A DNA stretch of 32,000 nt from Candidatus Iainarchaeum sp. (GCA_028710695.1 JAQTTP010000003.1:60001-92000), one strand, 5' to 3'; positions 1 to 9,203 are shown, counted from the stretch's first letter. Notes: generated from the sequence alone by a model not told the origin. Numbers and translations: made by a program.

Positions 1-80
1 AATGAATACAAGCGTGGAGAAATCAAAAATGCAAAAAGTTGCATATATACCTTGTTAAAGGTAGTCGATATTTTTAGGTA

Positions 81-106
81 AAGAACCATTTTTTGGTTCT
101 TTTTTT
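81..106 (+). terminator. Intrinsic-terminator-like hairpin plus T-tract
   Basis: AAGAACCA-TTTTT-TGGTTCTT followed by TTTTT: 8-bp perfect stem, 5-nt loop, T run. Confidence 0.55.
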
Positions 107-157
107 AGTTATTATATTTATCTAATAATAATAGTATGAGGCATAAGAGGGAGATTT

Positions 158-3100
158 ATGGGTCTGAGAGAATTTTACTATAAAATGGAAGAAAAATATT
201 ACGCGTTTTTGGACAGCTTAGACAAAAAAGGAATACCTGTGTATTCTGTTGTTGATCCAATTGATAAAGTTGTTCCATCCTTTGTTTTGTTTTTAGTTCT
301 TTTTGGAATAATTATAATCGCAATAATTTATGCTTTAATTGTTGCATTTGGATTGCCAATGACAAACCAAGTTACAGTAACATTTTCTGATAAGATGGGC
401 ACCCCAATCCCTAATGCTTTAGTAAGCTTTTCTTTGGCAGACTCAAATGAAGAAATGACAACTGATGCTTTTGGAACTATTAAGTTCGAAGCAGAACCAG
501 GAAAAGAAATAATGTTCTCTCTAAAATACAATGATAAGACCTATGTGAAATCAGTAAAAATTGAAGACGATGTATTACAATACAAAGTAAGTATTGACCA
601 ATTGAATTTAAGCAAACAAAAATTATCTTTCTCTCTTTATACAACAGATAATACTCCTTTACAAGCAGTAGATATCTACTTTTCATGTTCTAATTCAAGT
701 GCAGAAGCACCAGACAATATGATGGGCTATAGCACAAATGATGTTGACGTTGACGTAGATGGAGATTGTGGGTACCTAATGGTAAGCACAGCATCAGAAT
801 TCTATAAGCCAACAGATGATACTCAGATAGACAACGGTGAAGCAATATATTTAGATCCTGTACAATCATCAGGAGACTCTGCAATTGTTGTAAATGTAAC
901 TGACACAACAGGTGCAATAGTTACTGATTTTGAAGCAACACTATCTATTGGAATTTATGATGGTTATTATTCTTCAGGATATAGTAATGAAACAAGCCAA
1001 GTTCAATTCGCAAATCTTGCTGCAGGATTATATAAAATAACTGTAAGCAAATCTGGATACACAAATGCAGTTGGCTCTGTAACTCTTGAAGAAACAGATG
1101 TTAAAACATTGAACTTGCAGATGACAAAGCTAGAAGGCGGAACTCAGGTAAGCATAAAGGTAATGAACTTAGCATCAAAAGCTTTGCAAGGTGCAGAAGT
1201 TTGTTTTTATGATATTAATGGTGAAAGTTATACAAAAATTGGTTGTGCAACTACAAACGAAAGTGGGTTGGCAACTTATACTTTAGAAAAAGATAAATCA
1301 CACAAATTTACAGTAACAAAAGAAGGATACTCATCAATAGTTTATACTGATCTTGCTGCAAATTCAGACACAATTGAAGTGAAATTGTCATCAGTAGATC
1401 CAAGCAAGTATAGATTGATGAAAGTAAAAGTAATTGACTCAGAAGGAAAGCCTGTTGAGAATGCAAAAGTAAATGTTTATGATGACAAAGGAAATATAGC
1501 GCCTTATGAGCCTGGAACAACAGACTTAAATGGAATGGCTTATCTGTCTTTTATTGAAGATGGAAAATACAAATTATTTGCATACAAGTTGAATTATTCT
1601 GGATTCTCAGATTTAGCAGACTTTGATAATCAAGATAATTTAGCAACAATTGATTACACAGTTTCAATGTATATTCCAAAAGGAATAATTGCAGTTTCAG
1701 TAGTTGACTCTTATGGAAGCAATGTTCCGAATGCAGTTGTAAAATTCTTTGATGCTTCTTGGAATGAAATTACTGCTTTGGGTGGAAAACACACAGATGG
1801 TTATGGCCAATTGGGTGTTGAATATAGGGCAGACAAAAAATTATTTTTTGTAGTTCAAAAAGAAAGTTATGAAAATTATATTTCAAAATCAGAATATATA
1901 ATTCCAGACACAACAACTGAAAAGAAAGTTGTAATGGAAAAGAAAAAATTAAAGCCTGAACCAAAAGTAGAATTTGTAAATTTAACAACAGAAGATGGAA
2001 CTGATGTTTCTATTTTGGGTGCGGGAAATAAATATATTGCTAAATTTAAAATCACTTTGCCAGAAAAAGAGCAACCATTTGAAACAATGAGCGCATACTT
2101 TGTATCTGGAGATAAAGATATAGTTGAAAAAGATGGTTGGCATATAGAAAAAGTTGTGTATAGTGGATTAGGTACTTTGAGTAAAGGAAGAAGCTATACA
2201 GGAAATTATGATAATGATATAAAAGGGATAAACCAAGTTGGAAATGAAATTGAACAAGGAATGCCATTTGAAGATTCATTTAAATGGATTGGAATAAATT
2301 GGGATCTAGAAAAAATGGATTTAATTTCAGGAATATTCTTTGTTGATGTTTACTTGAAAGTAAAAGATACAACAAAGATTGGTGAAAACCTTCCAATAAA
2401 CTTTAAGTTGTCAACAGAAAATAAAGATGAAAAATTCACAGATCCTTTGAACGAAGTTCCAGAATTCCCAGACGCAAGCAAAACAAAACTGTATAACGAA
2501 AGTAAGAATAAATTCTTTACAGTTGGAACTGCTCAACAGACTTGTGACGAATTATTTTGTTTTGAAATAAACGTTGAAGACAATGACGAAGCAATAATCC
2601 AAGATATGGTTCCTGATACTCCCTATGTTTCAGAGTTAGGAAAGAACTATACTTTGAGATTTAAATTAATAAATAACAACATAAAACCAGTAACAAATTA
2701 TAGGGTAATAATAAAGAACGAGCAAGAAAATACTTTCTTTACAACTTCAAATATAAAAGGAGTTTCAGGAAATATAAGTCCTGTTTTGAACTCAGAAGTT
2801 GCAAAGCAAGAAAACAATTACCAGATTGTTTATAACGAAGATGTATATCAAGAATTGCAAAAGAATGATCTTGTAATTGGAGAGATAAATTTCGAGCCAA
2901 GAAAGATTGGAAGCGGAAGTTTGAAGTTTATTGTAATACAAGATAAACAAGAATATTATTCAAAAGAATTCTTGATAAATGTAAATGCTTACAAAGAAAT
3001 GACTGTAACTTTGGCTCCAGAAGTATTGCCGTCTTATATCCCTTTGAAAGTTGATTTATTAGCAAAGGATAAAGAAACAGGCGAATTAGTAACTGGTGCA

Positions 3101-6100
3101 AAAATATATGTGAAAGATAATTCAGGATTGGTTCTATTTATGGGGGCTACTGACGCAGAAGGAAAAGCAGTAATTGATTTGCCATCTCAAAAACCAAATG
3201 TTTTATTGAAATTATTAGTGTACAAGCCAAAGTATAAATCATTTGAATTTGAATACAAAACAAGTTCAGAATTTATAACTTTGAGCAAAGAAAAAATTGA
3301 TATGAAAATAGATGCGAAATTAGGATTTGCAAAAGAGAGTTTGTTCTTGACAAACACAAGTGAAGTTCCTGTAAAGATTGAAGATATCTTCTTGCAAGGA
3401 AATTTTGCAGAAAAATTGTCATTAGCTCAAATAAATAAATACTTTGAAGTATCACATAAAGGAAAAATGGTTGATAAATCTTTGAAGTATGATTTAGCAA
3501 TAAACCTTGCTTTGACAGAGTTAGGTCAGAACATAACTACAAATGAAGAGTATGATTCAATATTAGTAATTAAATTAAGTGCAATGGGCGGAAAATGGGA
3601 AATGAAAGTTCCAATGCACTTGCTTCTATCTGTTGGTGGAAGTGTTGATGACAGAACTTGTTTGGCTGCAGATTTAATTAATATGAAATTAGTTTCAACT
3701 GAAAATAAACAAGACAAGCAAACACTAACAATAACAAATGGCTGTACAATAAACGGAAAGCCAGTTTCATTGAATAATTTAGAAGCAAAATTAGAATGGA
3801 AAACAAATGCTTTGGGATCAATACAAATGACCAAAGAAGAATATTCAAATAATGTAATGCAAGCTTACTTTACAAGTTTGATTAACAAGTTGACTCCTAG
3901 TAGCGAGAATACTTTTGTAGTGAATATAGAACCAAAATCAAAAGTTTCTGGAAAAGGAGAAGCAATATTACATTTAAGAGCTTTGAACAATACTGAAAGT
4001 GGAGTTGAATATATAATATTAGATATTCCATTGGAAGTTGATGTTGTGAATTATGGTGAATGTATCCAGTTTGAGTTGCCAAATGCAGAAACAGATGTTG
4101 TTGCAACTTTAAGAGATGCAGACACAAGCTTTAAGGTAACAAACACATGTGCTGAAAAAATAGAAGTAACATTTAGCTTGAAGCCAGAGGATACTGTGCA
4201 GATAAGCCCAGACAAGATTTGGGTTAAAGCTAATGAAACAAAAGAAATTAAAGTAAAGCCGACAAATTCAGCAATTGGTGTTTATACTGTTGATGTATTT
4301 GGAAGAACTGAAGGCCACACAAATGAAGGAATAAGAGTAGGAATAAATGCTTTGAGGGTTCTATTGCAACCTTTGACAACAGATTGTTTCTACTTAGAGA
4401 ACTATGAGTTTGATATGGCAAGGAATCCAGAAGAAACAAAGTGGACAACTTTAGTAAATAAATGTGTAAACAAGCAAGCAGTTGTTCAATATGATTTGAA
4501 AATAGAAGTAGATGTTGATGGCTGGGATTATGTTTTAGGTATATTAGGTGGTGCAGCCGGTGGAGCAGTAGGTAATAAACTTGGCGGCATGATCGGTGAG
4601 CTTGGTGGTGGATTACTTGGCGGTTTAGGCGCAGGTAACTTCGGAATGGTAATGCTTGAAACTAAAGATGATTGTGAATTGGAATGTCTCTATAACTATT
4701 CTGGTGAAGAATATACTACCTGTGTGAATGTTTGTGCAAGTATGGGTCTTCCTGAAACAGAAGCCCCAAGTGGTACAACAGGTACTGGAAGTGGTGCTGG
4801 TGCAAGTGGAATTGGTGGAGATGTAAGTGGTACTCCTCCTGCAAATGGTACGGGTACAGGAACAGGTACTGGAGATAAACCGGCGGCAGATAAAAAGAAG
4901 TTTGACAAAGGAAGTTTTAAAGAGGCAATTACTGGTGGACTTGGTTCTGCAGCAGGATCTGCTGGAGTAAGTTACCTAATTGGAAGTCTAACTGGATTAG
5001 ATCCTGAGACAAAGAAAGATACTACTAAATGGTCTGCGATTTTAGGTGGTGTTGGTGGTCTTGCGGGCAGCTGGATTGGAGGCCCAATGGGTATGGTTCT
5101 GGGTGGTTTAGGTGGTGCAGTAGGTAACATTATTGGATTAGCATCTAATGATGGAGACACTATAGAAACAATAACAAGAACAATCCCAACAATGGTTGAA
5201 GATTATATGACTATGAACGATGTTCTCCTGACTGAGGCGGCACAAAAGAGCATGCTGGGTGGAAATATGGCTGCTTTAAAAGCAAAATCAATTGCAGATA
5301 AAGCAGGAACTGTGGCAGCAGAAATAATTAATGCTACGTCAGCTCTCTCTGGAAACGTAGTTTTTGAATCAGGTGGAACAATAGAAATAGAACTATCTAA
5401 AAAAATTGAAAGAACATTTAATAATCAAAATAAACTTGTAAAAGGAATTGGAGAGCAAGCAATTGAAATGTATCCAGTTGGATTTACAAAATCAAAAACA
5501 GGAATGGACAATAAAGTTGAAAGCTTGACTTTGTTATTGAATTATAATAGAAAGAATCTGAAGAGCTTAGTTGCAAGTCAGGATTATAGTACATCCGGAT
5601 GGACAACACAGCCTAACCAGTATATGTCACAGATGGGCGGGTATGGTCAGTCAGGCCAATATGGAATGCAGAATGGCGGATACAATGGCTATGGTTATGG
5701 TTCAAGTATGGGCTATGGCGGTTATGGAACTGGAATGGGTTATAGCGGAATGGACTCATACGGAATGCCATCTGCGTTTAGTACTATAGGACTACAAGCG
5801 GACTCAGATACAATATCCTATGAGGATGCTCAAGAAGACCAGAAAGTAGAAGAAATGGATAGAGAAAAAGTTGAAACATCTCTAGAGCCAGGAAATGTTG
5901 AAATAATAAATGAATATTCTCCGATAAGCATGTTATTTACTGATGTTGCTGATCAGCAAAAGAAATATAACTTGCCAATAGAGAATTGTTTCTTGGCAAA
6001 TGGCAAATCTGGAGCAACAGGTCCAGAAGCAAAACCAAAAGTTGCATTTACTTGGAGATGGAATGATGTTGTAGATTACCAAGTAGGCTCTGGTGGATAT

Positions 6101-7969
6101 ATGTGTAGTGACGGAAACATATATTGTGATGCTACACAGTTTACAATAGAAGTAATAAACAGATTAAAAATTGCAAATGGTTTATTGAAATCATTTAGTC
6201 CAGATTGTGAATATAGCCAAGCAATTTATAATGACACATTTGATGTTACTGATCAATATGTTGGTGTAAGTAGTGTTGTTGTTGAAAGACTTGGGAATTC
6301 ATCAAGTAACTACAATTTAGTTGTGAAAGTACAGAATAATTCCTTGAATAAGCTTTCAGGAAATTATATTGTAAAGGTAGTAGATACACAGCAAACAAAA
6401 GACCTTTACACATTTAATGGACAATTTGATTTGAGCAAGAAATCTAATGCTTCAGATGATGAATTGGTAATAACAAATGAAGTTGAATTGTACTATAGCA
6501 CATTCAAAGTTGAAGTTCAATTTAACTCTGTAAAGAACGAAGATACTACAGAAAAATTGCCATACAATTATGTAATACCTTATAATGGCGAGCAATTTGC
6601 TTATGACTCAACAGCACTAATGGGCTTAGAAAAAAGCACAGATAAAATAATAGAGTGGGGCAATTGTGCTAAGAAAGAAGGCGCAGCAACAACAATTTGG
6701 AATAAGTTGAACTTTGAAGCTTACCTAATGAAGGATGGATTTACAGATGACTTCTTGGCAGACTTCAAAGAATATGCTGTTAACCAGAAATTCTTAGATG
6801 CTCCTGGAGATGCAAAGAAAATAATAAACAACTTGCTTCCAAACAACCTAAAGTTCTTGCCAAAAGAATCTGCTTTGAATGCTATGGGCTATTCATTGCC
6901 GCAAGCAGGATTGTATAAAGTAGAAATTGTTGTGAAATATGGCGATACTCATATGGGCTGGGATGTATTTGACAGCGATGGAAAAATAATTGAAGATGTA
7001 AACTCCATTGCAGTTTATTTAGAGCCAGTAAAGTTTAGTGATAATCCACTATACTATTTGCCATTGGATGCAACTGTTGGTGTTGAGAATTATGAACTTA
7101 AGAGAATTGGATATGGTCTTGACTTTGGCGGAGACACTTTATGGTTCAACAAAGAAAGTGAAGATAATCCAACTTTGATACCAACATTGGTTTCTAAGTC
7201 TAATCCACAAGTTCATGTTGAAACTGTTTCAAAGCAAGATATGGAAACTCTGAACACTTATAAAGGATTAGTTCTAAAGGTTGTTCCAACAGGAACAGTT
7301 GGAGACACAGTAGAAAGAACAATATATTATTATCCATCAGTTCCAGCACCAGTAGCAATGTATATTAGTAAAGAATCAGATGGCCCAGCATATGGATCTT
7401 ATTTGATTTCAAGAGCAAACAAGGGACCTGTAAACTCAGGAAACTCCTTGATGAACTGGTATGGATTCTGTAACAAAGGAACTGAGATGTATGCTCCAGA
7501 AACAGATACAGAAAAGAAATATGCTTGTAAAGGATTCTCTGGCGAAGATATAATTGATCTTCAAGGATATCCTGATAAAGCAGGAACAAAGATAGACATA
7601 CCTTTGGGAGAATTTAAAGCAAATGCTTATGGAATGTTCTTTGATGAGGATAGCTTGTTGAGAACTCCAGAAACAAGCAAGGTATTCTTCAGAGGAATTA
7701 TTTACCTAACACCGAACGAAACATCAACTTTCAAGAAGATAACTGCAAGTGATGAAATGAAGATATTATATCCTGAAGGAGCAAGCGATGAATTCACACT
7801 TGAGCCTTTGAATAAGGATGTATCTACAGTTCAAAGCATTTACGACTTGGTTGGAGATGGGTATATGTGTGTAACTAATCCACAAGGCGGTGCAGGAGTA
7901 GAATTCTGGTGGAACCCTAAGGCTGTATTTGATACCTTGGAGTCCGGAGACGCGGAAGGTAGTAGTTAA
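158..7969 (+). CDS. Giant single-pass membrane-anchored surface protein, paralog 1 (2603 aa)
   Basis: Long ORF, ATG preceded by GGGAG; N-terminal MGLREFYYKMEEKYYAFLDSLD...DPIDKVVPS plus TM helix; repeated Ig-like/carboxypeptidase-regulatory-like modules (VKVIDSEGKPVENAKVNVYDDKG..TTDLNGMAYLSF..GKYKLFAYK); Gly-rich hydrophobic centre; Cys-containing C-terminal region similar to paralog 2. Confidence 0.93.
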   Translation: MGLREFYYKMEEKYYAFLDSLDKKGIPVYSVVDPIDKVVPSFVLFLVLFGIIIIAIIYALIVAFGLPMTNQVTVTFSDKMGTPIPNALVSFSLADSNEEMTTDAFGTIKFEAEPGKEIMFSLKYNDKTYVKSVKIEDDVLQYKVSIDQLNLSKQKLSFSLYTTDNTPLQAVDIYFSCSNSSAEAPDNMMGYSTNDVDVDVDGDCGYLMVSTASEFYKPTDDTQIDNGEAIYLDPVQSSGDSAIVVNVTDTTGAIVTDFEATLSIGIYDGYYSSGYSNETSQVQFANLAAGLYKITVSKSGYTNAVGSVTLEETDVKTLNLQMTKLEGGTQVSIKVMNLASKALQGAEVCFYDINGESYTKIGCATTNESGLATYTLEKDKSHKFTVTKEGYSSIVYTDLAANSDTIEVKLSSVDPSKYRLMKVKVIDSEGKPVENAKVNVYDDKGNIAPYEPGTTDLNGMAYLSFIEDGKYKLFAYKLNYSGFSDLADFDNQDNLATIDYTVSMYIPKGIIAVSVVDSYGSNVPNAVVKFFDASWNEITALGGKHTDGYGQLGVEYRADKKLFFVVQKESYENYISKSEYIIPDTTTEKKVVMEKKKLKPEPKVEFVNLTTEDGTDVSILGAGNKYIAKFKITLPEKEQPFETMSAYFVSGDKDIVEKDGWHIEKVVYSGLGTLSKGRSYTGNYDNDIKGINQVGNEIEQGMPFEDSFKWIGINWDLEKMDLISGIFFVDVYLKVKDTTKIGENLPINFKLSTENKDEKFTDPLNEVPEFPDASKTKLYNESKNKFFTVGTAQQTCDELFCFEINVEDNDEAIIQDMVPDTPYVSELGKNYTLRFKLINNNIKPVTNYRVIIKNEQENTFFTTSNIKGVSGNISPVLNSEVAKQENNYQIVYNEDVYQELQKNDLVIGEINFEPRKIGSGSLKFIVIQDKQEYYSKEFLINVNAYKEMTVTLAPEVLPSYIPLKVDLLAKDKETGELVTGAKIYVKDNSGLVLFMGATDAEGKAVIDLPSQKPNVLLKLLVYKPKYKSFEFEYKTSSEFITLSKEKIDMKIDAKLGFAKESLFLTNTSEVPVKIEDIFLQGNFAEKLSLAQINKYFEVSHKGKMVDKSLKYDLAINLALTELGQNITTNEEYDSILVIKLSAMGGKWEMKVPMHLLLSVGGSVDDRTCLAADLINMKLVSTENKQDKQTLTITNGCTINGKPVSLNNLEAKLEWKTNALGSIQMTKEEYSNNVMQAYFTSLINKLTPSSENTFVVNIEPKSKVSGKGEAILHLRALNNTESGVEYIILDIPLEVDVVNYGECIQFELPNAETDVVATLRDADTSFKVTNTCAEKIEVTFSLKPEDTVQISPDKIWVKANETKEIKVKPTNSAIGVYTVDVFGRTEGHTNEGIRVGINALRVLLQPLTTDCFYLENYEFDMARNPEETKWTTLVNKCVNKQAVVQYDLKIEVDVDGWDYVLGILGGAAGGAVGNKLGGMIGELGGGLLGGLGAGNFGMVMLETKDDCELECLYNYSGEEYTTCVNVCASMGLPETEAPSGTTGTGSGAGASGIGGDVSGTPPANGTGTGTGTGDKPAADKKKFDKGSFKEAITGGLGSAAGSAGVSYLIGSLTGLDPETKKDTTKWSAILGGVGGLAGSWIGGPMGMVLGGLGGAVGNIIGLASNDGDTIETITRTIPTMVEDYMTMNDVLLTEAAQKSMLGGNMAALKAKSIADKAGTVAAEIINATSALSGNVVFESGGTIEIELSKKIERTFNNQNKLVKGIGEQAIEMYPVGFTKSKTGMDNKVESLTLLLNYNRKNLKSLVASQDYSTSGWTTQPNQYMSQMGGYGQSGQYGMQNGGYNGYGYGSSMGYGGYGTGMGYSGMDSYGMPSAFSTIGLQADSDTISYEDAQEDQKVEEMDREKVETSLEPGNVEIINEYSPISMLFTDVADQQKKYNLPIENCFLANGKSGATGPEAKPKVAFTWRWNDVVDYQVGSGGYMCSDGNIYCDATQFTIEVINRLKIANGLLKSFSPDCEYSQAIYNDTFDVTDQYVGVSSVVVERLGNSSSNYNLVVKVQNNSLNKLSGNYIVKVVDTQQTKDLYTFNGQFDLSKKSNASDDELVITNEVELYYSTFKVEVQFNSVKNEDTTEKLPYNYVIPYNGEQFAYDSTALMGLEKSTDKIIEWGNCAKKEGAATTIWNKLNFEAYLMKDGFTDDFLADFKEYAVNQKFLDAPGDAKKIINNLLPNNLKFLPKESALNAMGYSLPQAGLYKVEIVVKYGDTHMGWDVFDSDGKIIEDVNSIAVYLEPVKFSDNPLYYLPLDATVGVENYELKRIGYGLDFGGDTLWFNKESEDNPTLIPTLVSKSNPQVHVETVSKQDMETLNTYKGLVLKVVPTGTVGDTVERTIYYYPSVPAPVAMYISKESDGPAYGSYLISRANKGPVNSGNSLMNWYGFCNKGTEMYAPETDTEKKYACKGFSGEDIIDLQGYPDKAGTKIDIPLGEFKANAYGMFFDEDSLLRTPETSKVFFRGIIYLTPNETSTFKKITASDEMKILYPEGASDEFTLEPLNKDVSTVQSIYDLVGDGYMCVTNPQGGAGVEFWWNPKAVFDTLESGDAEGSS
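4520..5160 (+). other. Gly-rich hydrophobic (glycine-zipper-like) segments and TG-rich linker in giant 1
   Basis: Translation includes GILGGAAGGAVGNKLGGMIGELGGGLLGGLGAGNFG, GTGTGTGTGDK linker, GLGSAAGSAGVSYLIGS and LGGVGGLAGSWIGGPMGMVLGGLGGAVGNIIGLA. Confidence 0.8.
5621..5775 (+). repeat. Tyr/Gly/Met/Gln/Ser-rich low-complexity tract in giant 1
   Basis: Translation YMSQMGGYGQSGQYGMQNGGYNGYGYGSSMGYGGYGTGMGYSGMDSYGMP. Confidence 0.9.
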
Positions 7970-8000
7970 TAACTACTCTTTCTTTCTTTTTTATTTTTTT
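7961..8000 (+). terminator. Palindrome over stop codon followed by T-rich tract
   Basis: AGTAGTTA-A-TAACTACT (7961-7977) overlaps the TAA of giant 1 and is followed by a pyrimidine/T-rich tract. Confidence 0.5.
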
Positions 8001-8082
8001 GTGATTTAAATGCCAAGTTTGAATTTATGCTCAAAATCGCAAAAATGTCAAACAGAGACATTAAAATCAAAAGGTGATTTAA

Positions 8083-8712
8083 ATGCAAACCACATTAGAA
8101 GATTTTTTTGAGATTGCATCCAAGCCTACTTGGAGATCACTTCTTCTGGATATTATTAAAAAAAATCAAATAGATCTTTGGAAAATTGATGTTTCTTTGA
8201 TTGCTGAAAAATATCTTAAAGAAATAGAATTCTTAAAAGTAAGTAATTTTGAAATACCTTTGAATGGGGTTTTGATTTGTTCTATTTTGCTAAAATATAA
8301 AGCAAATAGGCTTGTTTCTTTCTTTGAGCTTGCAAAAGAGATTGAGGAAGAACTTAAAGCAGAAGAAAAACTGGAAAACTTTGAGGAAATCTCTCAAGAA
8401 GAAACTAAGCTTGATAGTTTTGTAGAATCTTTAAAAGGTCTGACAGGCCCTGAAAAGAAAAAGTATCCTAAAAAGATACATTATGTGGAGTTAAAAAGGC
8501 CACAAAAAGACTTCAAAACGATCTTGCAATACATAGAGGAAGAGGCAAGGAAAATCGAAGGAAAAACAACGTTTTTTGACTTTAAGCAGAGATTCTCAGA
8601 TACAAGTCCTGCAGAAGTGTTTTACTCTTTGTTGTTTATACATAAAGAAGAGAAAATCGCCCTTGTACAGAACGATCAATATGGGGATTTTACTATAAAA
8701 GCAGGTAAATAG
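8083..8712 (+). CDS. scpA: Segregation and condensation protein A (ScpA family), 209 aa
   Basis: LLLDIIKKNQIDLWKIDVSLIAEKYLKEIEFL and MNGVLICSILLKYKANRL-type ScpA N-terminal pattern plus C-terminal winged-helix-like region; GGTGAT upstream of ATG. Confidence 0.8.
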   Translation: MQTTLEDFFEIASKPTWRSLLLDIIKKNQIDLWKIDVSLIAEKYLKEIEFLKVSNFEIPLNGVLICSILLKYKANRLVSFFELAKEIEEELKAEEKLENFEEISQEETKLDSFVESLKGLTGPEKKKYPKKIHYVELKRPQKDFKTILQYIEEEARKIEGKTTFFDFKQRFSDTSPAEVFYSLLFIHKEEKIALVQNDQYGDFTIKAGK

Positions 8713-8737
8713 TTCGATTAGATAGAAGGATATGTAT

Positions 8738-8763
8738 ATATTCTTTTTCTCTAGAAAGAATAT
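8738..8763. repeat. Perfect 9-bp hairpin in scpA-L40e intergenic region
   Basis: ATATTCTTT-TTCTCTAG-AAAGAATAT. Confidence 0.6.
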
Positions 8764-8789
8764 TATTGTATTTTTAAGGAGATGTTAAC

Positions 8790-8945
8790 ATGGTAATGAA
8801 TCCTATAGCAGAAAATAGATATTTAAAGGGAAAATGGGTTTGTATGAACTGTAACGCTACTATGAGGGGCAGCAAGCAGCCAATAAAATGTAGAAAATGC
8901 GGTTTAACCCAAATCAGACAGAAGAAAAAACAAAGAAAGAAGTAG
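8790..8945 (+). CDS. rpl40e: Ribosomal protein L40e, 51 aa (absent from supplied ORF track)
   Basis: Manual translation MVMNPIAENRYLKGKWVCMNCNATMRGSKQPIKCRKCGLTQIRQKKKQRKK*; CxxC...CxxC zinc ribbon with basic tail; AAGGAG upstream. Confidence 0.9.
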   Translation: MVMNPIAENRYLKGKWVCMNCNATMRGSKQPIKCRKCGLTQIRQKKKQRKK

Positions 8946-9007
8946 AGTTACTATTTTTTCCGAAGAATTGTCGAGCTTTGGCGAGACTTTTCTTTGGGCA
9001 ACTTACA

Positions 9008-9028
9008 CTTTCTTTTAATAAAAGAAAG
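9008..9028. repeat. Near-perfect palindrome immediately 5' of tRNA-Arg
   Basis: CTTTCTTTTA-A-TAAAAGAAAG. Confidence 0.6.
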
Positions 9029-9034
9029 GGCAGT

Positions 9035-9108
9035 GACCTTGTAGCCTAATCGGATAAGGCACCAGCCTTCTAAGCTGGGGATTGTGGGTTCGAGTCCCAC
9101 CGAGGTCG
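9035..9108 (+). tRNA. tRNA-Arg(TCT)
   Basis: Acceptor GACCTTG/CGAGGTC, D stem GCCT/AGGC, anticodon stem CCAGC/GCTGG with loop CTTCTAA (TCT), T arm GTGGG-TTCGAGT-CCCAC; no encoded CCA. Confidence 0.95.
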
Positions 9109-9113
9109 TTCCA

Positions 9114-9138
9114 AGCTTTTCTTTGATAAAGAAAAGCT
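9114..9138. repeat. Perfect 11-bp hairpin immediately 3' of tRNA-Arg
   Basis: AGCTTTTCTTT-GAT-AAAGAAAAGCT. Confidence 0.75.
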
Positions 9139-9203
9139 CCGGTCCATCAAAAGAAACCCCTGCGGGCGCAAATTGGCTTTTTGCATTTTTTCTAAAAATA
9201 CCG

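Noticed and set aside
4786-4890. GGTACTGG/GGTACAGG-like DNA repeats in the TG-rich linker as a regulatory repeat
   Set aside because: In frame and explained by a Gly-Thr linker in giant 1, with no exact periodic unit beyond codon repetition.
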